Assembly: GCA_038894195.1 (NCBI GenBank)
Contig: JAWAPZ010000001.1
Coordinates: 129,566-193,565 of the forward strand
Source: Candidatus Pacearchaeota archaeon
GTDB lineage: Archaea > Nanobdellota > Nanobdellia > Pacearchaeales > UBA284
Reading direction: 5' to 3'
DNA length: 64,000 nucleotides
Shown here: in pieces, positions 48,601-57,416 of the stretch
How the letters are laid out: each line of letters begins with the position of its first letter
How positions within the stretch are numbered: the first letter of the stretch is position 1
Translations under genes and position numbers: made by a program
The notes under the pieces: generated by a model
Seen by the model: the letters and a program-made list of their open reading frames with translations, nothing else
Told to the model about the DNA's origin: nothing
The model's database searches: none

Positions 48601-49074
48601 ATCTTCTGTCACATACTCTTGACCAATTGCAGAAATATCAATAGTTATGGCCGGCCTTAAATAAAAATAAACTGTTCCTAAGTTGCTTATCTGCTCAGCT
48701 GGAAAATAAGGCAAGTTAGGCCCTATAAATCTTGCATAATTCTCGTTATATTTTATAAGAACTATTTTATACATGAAACTTTCACTTAGGTGTTCCCCGT
48801 CAATTGTTATGTTGAAATATCCACTTCCGTTTGATAAAGTCGAAAGAGTTGCGTTCAGAGAGGGCGGGCCAATCTCGCTTCGTTGATAAATTTCAATAGT
48901 TACATTTGTTTCATTTAAATATTCTTGCCCTCCCTCTTCGATGCCTATTGTATAGCCAGTAATATTGAATGGTGTTAATCCATTAGCAGAAACATTTTGT
49001 GACAATACTGCCAACAATACTAAACATAATAACGAAAAAAAAACTTTGTAGTTCTTTAAAATTATTTTTTTCAT
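45652..49074 (-). CDS. Large secreted cell-surface protein (1140 aa) with signal peptide, Gly/Thr/Gln stalk and C-terminal TM anchor
   Basis: N-terminal signal peptide. Dozens of N-x-S/T sequons. GGGPPNPF and RGGGGTTQQNVTNVTNQTN stalk. C-terminal TM plus basic tail. Confidence 0.55.
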   Translation of the reverse strand: MKKIILKNYKVFFSLLCLVLLAVLSQNVSANGLTPFNITGYTIGIEEGGQEYLNETNVTIEIYQRSEIGPPSLNATLSTLSNGSGYFNITIDGEHLSESFMYKIVLIKYNENYARFIGPNLPYFPAEQISNLGTVYFYLRPAITIDISAIGQEYVTEDESKIEYNNIGSFPEDYKTGLAIINNSGEKQYTYINGSDCLIFLNETLDYNNSFCDLNITNIKEFTDGPVEEGLWVFYFINLTGVQRCFLNVSEGTMDCNEGNYTDLSSEEFSEIGGISFNEFAGEEGKFFVSALNGSGESHVYIYYPNFTLHKDFYTPNCYVGKMLFNPGGGFGIGNNSGRYVFYKIFMGEDFSCDRPVNLTEGLVVNGFVDDVFYENPRYFIASSSPDKNLTNINFFTNEYAFRYQFKDKKLGYGIKESFNELKYFDRVYIPADRNYSLMIYPEGGPAFPVSIELNNLVYGNNISLGTVENRTITSINQALYLNLTELNLTTDLVQLSGFSKLNGSNGNQNFDNYTVVGFLLEAGKMVFLGAMMPQNIGQHDEPPVEDVLDKTTGFYNITLPAALYGANILLFASAKKEGVWYGGFKTVTLNYGENPTELNLTLYPMVGEEATLESKVGEIGEPINTSLFAFNITSLLEDGNKTGVTNVHAEIEVDYSKFSGSDASFSWMADSGDNNIIKIPLLNDSINIRIFSPQFPPIKRTIKVEDLQESPFELILEQLKAKRPDGEEIQNVQFRNFKYKDDGSCSVPWPNETPGDLGCLPEGVGQGGGPPNPFTWVISGGKYDLEMRQNTTNITIHYVNVDLLASQPPDGIFDESANKTPSGNMMKEAWRFGSMGPNIYDYVIIGVPYNSSAINESEDMKVNITKFYDEEWQYIWEQGEDIEELNGTDYEDYKTDIYIEYINGSAVLCNESDENLTGLCYKDLAHNMVWFKIPHFSGIEPNIVGKSIVEEEEDGGGNRGGGGTTQQNVTNVTNQTNVTTEDTRGGVPPYSIGELSESSKEINMSQGETIQFIVNGEEHVIKILNIGNNKVTIEINSLVTLTIQVGEAKNIDLDRDGREDITIKIKEIKDGKVTLIISKFKEIEEIPLEEEAFRMGILAWTVIIVAIVAVVILLSYRKKFLIIKEIRERKLGQVLKKFR

Positions 49075-49218
49075 CTTGCCTCTTTTTTAAAGTTAAGAAA
49101 AAACAGATATATAAATATTTCGTTTATAATTTTGTTCTAACTTCGGGTTTTGATACCAAAGACCATTATTTCTTAGCCATTACTTGAAAATCTATCTCTC
49201 TTAATCTTTTTTTTGTTT

Positions 49219-50892
49219 TTATTTTACTCTAGATTTTCTCCACCAGTAGTGCCTCTTTCTTGCAATTAACATCCATGCAGCAAGAAAAACTACGGCAGCA
49301 GCAAGGATAATTATGACCGCCCATCTAGCATCGAACCATTCAAAACCTATTCTGCATTTTTTTCTTTGCCCTGTTAGATTGTCTGTCTGATCAGTTAGAT
49401 TTCCAGTTAAGTTGCCTGTTACATTTGTTAAATTAGATGAAAATTCTCCTATAGCTTTCAAGAGCAAGTCGATCTTGCTGGTGCTTAGTTTTGTTAAAGT
49501 TACAGAAAAATCATTTATGTTATTCGCGTTTAAATCAAATTCTTTTGTTTCATTAAGTGTAAGAGTTGTTGTTACTGGTTTCGAGTTAATTTCTAAAGTT
49601 GTTGAATTGCTTGTTATATCTTTTACAGTAATTAAATGAGTTTCATTACCAAGAGTAAAGTTAATTTTCTCATCTTTTGCAACATTACTTACAGTTTTGT
49701 TTGTTCCTGTTATATTACCAATATTATGTATTCCTTGGGGAGGTGAATTGCATGTCTTGCTCGTAGAATTGCAACCATAAGTACAATTTTCTATTGTTAC
49801 CCATTCATCATCAATACATTTTTGTAAAGCATCGCCAGAACATCTTTTTGCATTTTCAGTACATGTTGTGCCACCACCACTTGTAGTAGATTTTATAGTT
49901 ATATCCCGAGTTTCAGAGTTATCTGAATTGCCAGCATAGTCATAACACTTAACATACCACTCATATGTTCCTTTTTCAAGCTCGATATCTGAAAATTCTT
50001 GTTGCGTGCCATTTTCTACACTAGCATCAGTATCTTCTAAATCATCGTCTATATACAGAGAACAATTCTTAATACCAAAATTATCTGTAACATTGTACTT
50101 AAAATCTATCGTTGTTGAAGTTGTATTATAATTATCTGCCGGAGATTTTAGATGCACTTCTGGTTTTGTTGTGTCTATTGTTAAAGTTCTATTGCTTGAG
50201 AAATTACAATTTCCTGCAGCATCACAAGCATAACAGTTCCATAAATATCTTGCATTTGCAGTCAAGCTATGGGTAAATGTTGTTGTATTGTTTGTTCCTG
50301 AAACATTACTTGAGTTTTTTTCTTGCCAGCCAGACCAATTGCCATAAAGAGTTATGTTACCTAAATTGTAATTGTCCTGAGCTGTGCAATTAAATGTAAC
50401 ACTTGTACTCGAAAGATTAGCATAAGCAACTGGAGCATTCAATGTCACACTTGGTGCTGTCGTGTCATTTACTTCAAGGTCTAATATAATGTCCCAAGAT
50501 CCTGTTGCATTAGTGATAGTTATTGTTAAATTATAATTACCTGGCTCAGAAACTGTAACATTAAACCAAAAGTATTCTATAGAGTTATTCATAACAAGAC
50601 CTTCTTTTTCCCAGCTTAAAACACTGGATGTGTTAGAAAAATTAGCTTCAGCAACACTGCTACCATTAGAATCTGTAATGAATATAAAACCAGAAGGTAA
50701 AGTTATATTAACTTGGGTTATATTTGATTCTTCTGTCTCATAACTATTGTTTATTGAAATGTTAATTAAAGATGAAACATCTTCTTTAATTGAATTTTCT
50801 TGTAGCTGAGCAGAATAATCGGCAAGAACAAAAAAAGGTAGGATTGCTATAAGAAGCATAACAAAAAAAATTACTATCAAGACTTTCTTCAT
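49219..50892 (-). CDS. Secreted surface protein (557 aa) with the shared NCxxCDxxGNC domain and C-terminal TM anchor
   Basis: Signal peptide. VTFNCTAQDN...ITLYGNWSGW...YLWNCYACDAAGNCNFSSNRTLTID domain. Cys-rich CxxxC segment. C-terminal TM plus RKRHYWWRKSRVK. Confidence 0.55.
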   Translation of the reverse strand: MKKVLIVIFFVMLLIAILPFFVLADYSAQLQENSIKEDVSSLINISINNSYETEESNITQVNITLPSGFIFITDSNGSSVAEANFSNTSSVLSWEKEGLVMNNSIEYFWFNVTVSEPGNYNLTITITNATGSWDIILDLEVNDTTAPSVTLNAPVAYANLSSTSVTFNCTAQDNYNLGNITLYGNWSGWQEKNSSNVSGTNNTTTFTHSLTANARYLWNCYACDAAGNCNFSSNRTLTIDTTKPEVHLKSPADNYNTTSTTIDFKYNVTDNFGIKNCSLYIDDDLEDTDASVENGTQQEFSDIELEKGTYEWYVKCYDYAGNSDNSETRDITIKSTTSGGGTTCTENAKRCSGDALQKCIDDEWVTIENCTYGCNSTSKTCNSPPQGIHNIGNITGTNKTVSNVAKDEKINFTLGNETHLITVKDITSNSTTLEINSKPVTTTLTLNETKEFDLNANNINDFSVTLTKLSTSKIDLLLKAIGEFSSNLTNVTGNLTGNLTDQTDNLTGQRKKCRIGFEWFDARWAVIIILAAAVVFLAAWMLIARKRHYWWRKSRVK

Positions 50893-50954
50893 CTTCCCTC
50901 TTTATTTTTTCTTTGAAAAAATAAGTTAAATGATATTAAAAATCTTTCGTTTTT

Positions 50955-53900
50955 CTATTTTCTCTTTTTCTTTTTGAAAACTGTAAAAAAGATTAAAACA
51001 ATTAAAATTATTGCAACTAAAATTAGTAAAATGTAAAGAAGAGGGAGAGAAATTTTTCTAACAGACTCTTCCCCTAATTTTTCTTCTTTCTTCTCTTCTG
51101 TTTTATTTCCTTCTTTCTTCTCTTCTCTTGTTATTGGTTGCTGTGGCATTGTTACATTTGTTATGTTTGTTACATTTTGTTGTGTTGTTCCTCCACCTCT
51201 ACCGCCACCGCTGCTAGGAGAGTAATACATAGGAGCGAGAATCGCATGATGGGTAATGCTAACGTTTCCAGAATAAACATAATTATGTGCTGTGTTGACT
51301 CCGCTGCTTGCAAGCTCGTTCCAAGAGCCATTATAAGCAAACATTTTCAAGCTAGCTTCATTACTAATTTCCCTTTCATCATAGCTAACATTAAGATAGA
51401 TCCATGAATTTCCTGATGCTGCAATTACATTAACAAATTTACCAATGTTTTCATAGTTCCTTGGATCCGAGGCTGGTGCTATTGTCTTATTTAAAGCAAT
51501 ATTTTCTGACGTAAAACTTACTGTTTCTTCTAAGCCGATATCAAAATAAGAAACTATATTATTTGTAGAGTTTAGTTGAGAAACAAATGCAAAAAGTTGA
51601 TTATTTTTTGACTCGTCATTAATTAAAATGTTGTTATCAGAATCTGATAATATAGTCCCAACCTGATTATTGTTGGTTTTTGATGAAAGAATATAAGTGT
51701 AATGACTTCCTGTCAAAAAGATTCCAAAGCTATTTGAGTTGGCAGTTGTATTAAAGATAACATTTGTTGAAGAGTAAACAACTTCAACACCAAGATAGCC
51801 AGAATCAAAAGAAGAATTCGTTATGTTGTTGTGGTTGGAATCAAAAATAGCCAAACCAAAATAATTACCGGAAGAATTGATTAGATCAAAAGTTGTATTT
51901 TCAGTTGCTAAAACAAGCAAGCCATTGTTGTCAATACTCTCAGAGCCAGCAATGGTTATGTTCTTAAGTGAAGAATTATCGGCATTGCATAAAATTAATT
52001 CTGAGAGAGTTTCATTTTCTAAGGTTACGCTAGAATTATAGAATTTTATTTCTCTGTCGCCAGAACCGGTGTTATTCTCTATAAGATTATTGCAATTTTC
52101 CTCTAAAGAAGCATAACCCATCAAATCAAACAAGTTGTTTTCTCTTATCATATTATTAATAATAACATTGTTTTGACCGTCTTCAAGATAAAGGCCATAA
52201 AGGTTATATTCAAAAATGCTATCATTAATATTATTGCCATTAGAATCTTCTAAATAAATTCCATAATAATTTCCAGAAGAATTAACCAAACTAAAATTAG
52301 AATAATCTGTATAATAGACAAATATGCCATTGTTTTGCAAGTAATCAGAACCGATAACAGTTACATTATAAATTGAAGAGCTATCTGCGTTACATAAAAT
52401 AAGTTCAGAAAAAATTTCGTCGCTTAAGTTAACACTTTCGTTATAGAAAGCAATAGCTCTTCCATCAGAACCAATAACATCTTCAATAAAGATATGATCA
52501 CAACCAGAATCTGATAAGCTATTAAACCCTACATCTTGCTGTAAGTTATCTTGAACATTACAATTGCTTATGTTTATACTTAGCTCGCCAGTGTCGGGAA
52601 GATCGTAAACGTAAATGCCTGTACTAAAATTAGAAATTGTCAAATTAAAAATAGTTATATTTCCACTTTGAGAAGTGTTTATTCCGTAACCTGTGCTATT
52701 GCCAGTAATGCTATAGTTAGCTCCGTCAATCACTACGTTATCTGAACCAATTGTGAAGCAAGTTCCATTGCTCTGTAAGTTTCCATTTAAAGTGCATGAT
52801 TCATAAATTCTATCGCCACATGTATAAATCATGCCGCTTTCTGCAACACAGCCATAAGGAATTGTTAAAGTTCTATTGCTTGAAGCAAAAACACAATTTC
52901 CAGCAGCATCACATGCCTGACAATTCCAAACATAGGTTCCTGAATCAAGAATTTTTTCAAAAATTACTGGTGTTGCATTTTCTGGCGAGCTATTGGTTTC
53001 ATTAGCGTGCCAGCCACCAGACCAATTGCCGTAAAGAGTTACATTTGTCAAATTTACATTATCAGAAGCAGAACAATTAAATGTAATATTTCTTAAGTTT
53101 GAAGTAAAGTTATCTTCTGGTTCGTTCAAACTAACTTCTGGCTCTCCATAATCTAAAGTAAAGGTCTTCGTTGCAGATGTATTAACTATACCAAAATCTT
53201 CTTCCCAACACTGAATTTTCCAGTTGTAAATTCCTTTTTCACTAAGAATGTATGTTATTATAGTAAGTGTATTATTTTCTGCAATAGTTGTATTAACAAC
53301 AGTATTGTTTATTATTAAATCGCAATTAGCGTTTGTTGCATTTTTATTTATCGTTGTAAAATTAAAAGTTATTAAAGAATCATTTGTTATATAATTATCC
53401 TCTGGAAAGTTTAGTAAGATGCTCGGCTTAAAGTTCGGCGCATTGACTGTATGCGGATAATTAATTTCATCAGTTACATTACATTCATTAAAACCCAACT
53501 TGAAGTAACCATTTTCTCCCCAACCTGTGCCCCAGCTGTTTTTTATTATCCAGTAACTTGTTTCATCATTTCCAGTATCATTATAGCCTACAATTAGTAC
53601 AGCGTGATTGGCATAATCATCATCGGTGCATCTTTCGATACGGCCATCACCAACTAGGTCATCTGCATTAATTGCTGTAGCCAAGGGCCCATAATCAATA
53701 AGTAATTGCTCTACTTGTTTATTTGTTAACCCACTTGGCCATAACCACGTGTAATCATTTATTTTCCATAATCTCTGTGAGTAACTTGAGCATCTATTTG
53801 AGCATATTGTATCAGAGCAGTTTCCACTAGTGTTATAAGTGCAACTTAAAATCGAGCCACAATAATAAAAGCAATCACAACCTGAACCATCAACGTAATT

Positions 53901-54677
53901 AAAACAATTTTCGTCACTTATACCATCTGTCATGATAAAATCAAGAGCGACATCAATCCAGCCGCCACAACAGTTCTCATACAAGCCATAATAAGGATCT
54001 GTATGACAGTTAGAAACAAGATACTCTTCTGCAATATTTGAATTTAATCTTGAATTGTTCTGATTAATTTCATACTTGGCTTCGACTGAAGCAACCGCAG
54101 CAAAGGCCCAGCAAGAGCCACAAGATCCTTGATCCTTAACAGAAGTAAGCCATCCATTGCTTGTATCAAAAAATGTAAAATTATATTTACTATACCTTGT
54201 TCCATTCGGAGGATTGCGCCAATCCCAGTAAGGAAAATCAGAAGCATTATAAGTTTTAATTGGACTATACCCTTGGCTTGAAATTCTTCTTTGTGGTCTT
54301 TCCTTTTCCTTGCCACATGTCATTTTTTCTTTTAAATTCATTAACTTAGAGACAGGGATTTCCTCTATTTTTCCAGATTCATTATCAGGAACAATACAGA
54401 AAGCCATGCCATTCTTACTTTTAAGCTCATAGCCCTGCTTAGAACAGTAAGAAAATTCCTGGCCGCATTCACCTCTAAAAAAAGACCATTCATCACATTT
54501 TTCATTGTTTGGCATAACACAAATACCTTTTTGGCCTAAAGAAGTTTCAACAACCTTATACTTATAACCTAATTCGCTACAATAAACTGCTGCAGGATTC
54601 GGTAGAGCAGAAACATAAGCAATGTTTGCTAGAAAGATAACTATCAAAATTAAAAACAAAATTTTTTTCATTTTCAT
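50955..54677 (-). CDS. Membrane-anchored papain-like (C1A) cysteine protease fused to DUF333 repeats, parallel beta-helix repeats and the shared NCxxCDxxGNC domain (1240 aa)
   Basis: C1 catalytic motifs QGSCGSCWAF (Cys), NHAVLIVGY (His) and IKNSWGTGWGENGYFKL (Asn). N-terminal YCSELGYKY...CDEWSFFRGECG is DUF333-like. The beta-helix repeats are SGNYYGIYLEDSNGNNINDS...LYGLYLEDGQNNVI. Also has WNCQACDAAGNC, a GGGRGGGTTQQNVTNITN stalk and a C-terminal TM. Confidence 0.8.
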   Translation of the reverse strand: MKMKKILFLILIVIFLANIAYVSALPNPAAVYCSELGYKYKVVETSLGQKGICVMPNNEKCDEWSFFRGECGQEFSYCSKQGYELKSKNGMAFCIVPDNESGKIEEIPVSKLMNLKEKMTCGKEKERPQRRISSQGYSPIKTYNASDFPYWDWRNPPNGTRYSKYNFTFFDTSNGWLTSVKDQGSCGSCWAFAAVASVEAKYEINQNNSRLNSNIAEEYLVSNCHTDPYYGLYENCCGGWIDVALDFIMTDGISDENCFNYVDGSGCDCFYYCGSILSCTYNTSGNCSDTICSNRCSSYSQRLWKINDYTWLWPSGLTNKQVEQLLIDYGPLATAINADDLVGDGRIERCTDDDYANHAVLIVGYNDTGNDETSYWIIKNSWGTGWGENGYFKLGFNECNVTDEINYPHTVNAPNFKPSILLNFPEDNYITNDSLITFNFTTINKNATNANCDLIINNTVVNTTIAENNTLTIITYILSEKGIYNWKIQCWEEDFGIVNTSATKTFTLDYGEPEVSLNEPEDNFTSNLRNITFNCSASDNVNLTNVTLYGNWSGGWHANETNSSPENATPVIFEKILDSGTYVWNCQACDAAGNCVFASSNRTLTIPYGCVAESGMIYTCGDRIYESCTLNGNLQSNGTCFTIGSDNVVIDGANYSITGNSTGYGINTSQSGNITIFNLTISNFSTGIYVYDLPDTGELSINISNCNVQDNLQQDVGFNSLSDSGCDHIFIEDVIGSDGRAIAFYNESVNLSDEIFSELILCNADSSSIYNVTVIGSDYLQNNGIFVYYTDYSNFSLVNSSGNYYGIYLEDSNGNNINDSIFEYNLYGLYLEDGQNNVIINNMIRENNLFDLMGYASLEENCNNLIENNTGSGDREIKFYNSSVTLENETLSELILCNADNSSLKNITIAGSESIDNNGLLVLATENTTFDLINSSGNYFGLAIFDSNHNNITNSSFDSGYLGVEVVYSSTNVIFNTTANSNSFGIFLTGSHYTYILSSKTNNNQVGTILSDSDNNILINDESKNNQLFAFVSQLNSTNNIVSYFDIGLEETVSFTSENIALNKTIAPASDPRNYENIGKFVNVIAASGNSWIYLNVSYDEREISNEASLKMFAYNGSWNELASSGVNTAHNYVYSGNVSITHHAILAPMYYSPSSGGGRGGGTTQQNVTNITNVTMPQQPITREEKKEGNKTEEKKEEKLGEESVRKISLPLLYILLILVAIILIVLIFFTVFKKKKRK

Positions 54678-54698
54678 CTCTTTTTTATTAAAAAATGA

Positions 54699-54983
54699 TT
54701 AAGGTTTTTTAAATTTTTCTCCAGGTTTACATTCTCCTTGATAGTATGACCATTCCTCACACTCACTACCATCAGGAAAGATGCATACACCGTATTGGCC
54801 TTGCTCATTTTCTCTTATTTCAAGAGTACCATTATGTTCTATGCAATAGACGCTCGCTGGATTTGGTATTGACTGGTTTGATTGATTTTTTTCTTTGTCC
54901 TTGCTTTCAGGAAATTTGATTATCGTAACTAAAACAAGGGCAAAAATCAGTAATATGCACACAAAAACAAAAATTTTTTTCAT
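54699..54983 (-). CDS. DUF333 ('putative hemolysin') domain protein, 94 aa
   Basis: NPASVYCIEHNGTLEIRENEQGQYGVCIFPDGSECEEWSYYQGEC matches the DUF333 consensus. N-terminal TM or signal segment. Confidence 0.6.
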   Translation of the reverse strand: MKKIFVFVCILLIFALVLVTIIKFPESKDKEKNQSNQSIPNPASVYCIEHNGTLEIRENEQGQYGVCIFPDGSECEEWSYYQGECKPGEKFKKP

Positions 54984-55021
54984 TTGATCTTTTTTTAATT
55001 AATTGTCTTATTTTTACTTTT

Positions 55022-56647
55022 TTAGTATCTCAGTTCTCTGTTTTTAATTATCTTTAGTTTATATAGTATTGCGACAAGAATTACAAGAAGAGTTACTATG
55101 ATCAAGAAAAAATCCCCGGCTTTTAATGCACCAAGTTTTCTTTGAGGATATGCTATTTTAAAGAACGCACTTGCACTTGCAACAGTTCCATTATAAGTTG
55201 CTTTAGCATAAAGAACGTAACCTCCTAGTTGTGTTTGCAAAGGAATTTTAAAAGTTTTAATTTTACTGAGATGTGTCTCTATCGCCACCGTCTCTCTCTC
55301 ATAAACGATTTTGTCAATTTCATGATTTTTTATAGTATATTCTAAAAGCACATCCACTGGTTTTCCTGTTTCTCCGATTTTATGCAAAGTCACTACAGCC
55401 ATTAAATCCCCTCCTGGGAAAATTTCCAGATATTTTTCTGGAATCTCTAATTCGACATCAAGTAAAGGTCCTTTAGATTCTATGTCTACTGCAACTAAAA
55501 CTTCTTTTGTTATTGTACTGCTTTTGAATATAATTTTTCCCATGTATAACTGTGGAACCGTATCTTGTCTTGCTATAAAATCTAAAGTTAGTGTTTTAGT
55601 TTCCCCGGCATTCAAAGAAAAAGTTGTTTCACTAATTTTTACAAAATCTTGAATTTTTGTTATTTCTACTTCTATGTTCAGATTTTTTTTACCAGTATTT
55701 TTAATCTGCAAAAATTCCGTCTTTGTTTCTCCCTGTTTTAGAGAAACGTGTATGTTTTCTCTATCTAGTATAAAATTCTCTTCTAATGTTACACCACCTC
55801 CTCCTCCTTTTTCTTTTTCTTCTTCTGTTTCTCCAACAGTGTAGTTTGTAAAACCAGTTACATTTACTTGAAATATGCCATCAACATAGGATTGGCCAGA
55901 ACAAATATCGGCAGAACAAGGAATGCCGTTTCTTAGAACTCTTGGATTTTTAAAGTTAAGATTGTAAAACCATAAAGTCGCCTTCTTATTCAAGTTAGGC
56001 AACCCGGTTTCATTAACAAAAATAGAAGAATTCGCAATTACCACATTGTAATCTAGTGTTGTTATCCTATCATTTGGGTCTACATCTGCTGTAACATTTA
56101 CATTTTCAAGCCATAAAATCTTACCATAATCTGTATTTTCAAGAGTCATGCCAGAAAGATTTTCTAATTCTTCATCACTCAGCAAATCAAAATCTGTTGA
56201 GTTGCCTCTTTTACCTTGACGAAAATTTTCGTAAATAACAATGATCTTTGAATTATTTGCAAAAAATCTAACACTTTTTGAACTTAGAGTTCCTTGAGTA
56301 TCATTAGCATATAAATAAAGGATATGATTTCCTTCTGAGGTGTTGAAATATGTCTGGCCACTTGACGAATTTCCTAAACTTATATTGGTTTCGTTGTCTA
56401 TATTATACCAGACAAGAGATATACCATCAGCATCATAAACACTATAGTTCAATAAAATGTTCTGACTTCTATAAGTTCTATTTTCTTTTGGCGAAAATAT
56501 TGAAATTGTCGGTGCAATACTTACAACTGTAATTGATGCATTTATCTGATTTGAAGTAGCTTCACCAGAAATATAAATTCCATTTGTTAAAGGAAAAACT
56601 AGAATAAATAAAAAAATTATGAAAATAATGAACACTCTTTTTTTCAT
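55022..56647 (-). CDS. Secreted surface protein (541 aa) with beta-sandwich repeats, Gly-rich hinge and C-terminal TM anchor
   Basis: Signal peptide. Many sequons. EEEKEKGGGGGV linker. C-terminal TM plus KLKIIKNRELRY. Confidence 0.5.
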   Translation of the reverse strand: MKKRVFIIFIIFLFILVFPLTNGIYISGEATSNQINASITVVSIAPTISIFSPKENRTYRSQNILLNYSVYDADGISLVWYNIDNETNISLGNSSSGQTYFNTSEGNHILYLYANDTQGTLSSKSVRFFANNSKIIVIYENFRQGKRGNSTDFDLLSDEELENLSGMTLENTDYGKILWLENVNVTADVDPNDRITTLDYNVVIANSSIFVNETGLPNLNKKATLWFYNLNFKNPRVLRNGIPCSADICSGQSYVDGIFQVNVTGFTNYTVGETEEEKEKGGGGGVTLEENFILDRENIHVSLKQGETKTEFLQIKNTGKKNLNIEVEITKIQDFVKISETTFSLNAGETKTLTLDFIARQDTVPQLYMGKIIFKSSTITKEVLVAVDIESKGPLLDVELEIPEKYLEIFPGGDLMAVVTLHKIGETGKPVDVLLEYTIKNHEIDKIVYERETVAIETHLSKIKTFKIPLQTQLGGYVLYAKATYNGTVASASAFFKIAYPQRKLGALKAGDFFLIIVTLLVILVAILYKLKIIKNRELRY

Positions 56648-56731
56648 AAAAAAATTATATAAATAAAGTATTTAAAATTAGTGATTATAAATAAAACAGA
56701 AAAATAGAGGTGTCCAAAAAGGTAATTAAAA

Positions 56732-57337
56732 TTACTTTTTCTTGCCCATCTCTCTTTCTTCTTTCTTTTCCTCTCTTCTAGTCTCTTTTTTCTTTCTTGT
56801 TAGAAGCCAGATTATAAAAATGATTACAATGATTACTATAGTTATCACCACAATTAGCAATGTAGGGAATTTCTTTTCTTGAACAGGAGCTGGTTGAGTT
56901 GGAGTTTTAATTATAACAGGAAAGTATTTTTCAATGCTTGTACCTACTTCTACCCCTCCTGTTCTGCTTGGCTTGATTGTTGTAAAAGCAACCCCTATTG
57001 TATACTCTTTGCCTTCAGGCGCGCTAGTTGGAATTATTATTCTTATATTGACTGTAACATTTTTAACTCCAAGAGGTACATAATACTCTTTATTTGGATC
57101 TATTATCTCGGCTATTTCTGTTCCATTTATTATTTCGGCCCTGACTCTTAGGTTTTCATTTCCAACCATGTTCTGCAGTTGTAGAGTAACTGTTGCAATT
57201 TCTCCTGGAGCCAATTCAAGAGGCCTTTCTTTCCAGTAAGGTGACGTAATTCCAAAAGCACTTACATTTGATAAAGTAAGGATCACTATAGCTACTAACA
57301 TTCCGAAAGTCAAGTTTATTCTTACTAAGTTTTTCAT
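56732..57337 (-). CDS. Small surface protein (201 aa), signal peptide, C-terminal TM, Lys/Glu-rich tail
   Basis: MKNLVRINLTFGMLVAIVILTLSNVSA signal. C-terminal TM plus KKKETRREEKKEEREMGKKK. Confidence 0.45.
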   Translation of the reverse strand: MKNLVRINLTFGMLVAIVILTLSNVSAFGITSPYWKERPLELAPGEIATVTLQLQNMVGNENLRVRAEIINGTEIAEIIDPNKEYYVPLGVKNVTVNIRIIIPTSAPEGKEYTIGVAFTTIKPSRTGGVEVGTSIEKYFPVIIKTPTQPAPVQEKKFPTLLIVVITIVIIVIIFIIWLLTRKKKETRREEKKEEREMGKKK

Positions 57338-57416
57338 TTCATTTACCTCTTTTGCTTATTGTCTTTAATTATTTTTAATTTTTATATTTTTTGTTTTTAA
57401 TTCCTTTTTCAGTTGT

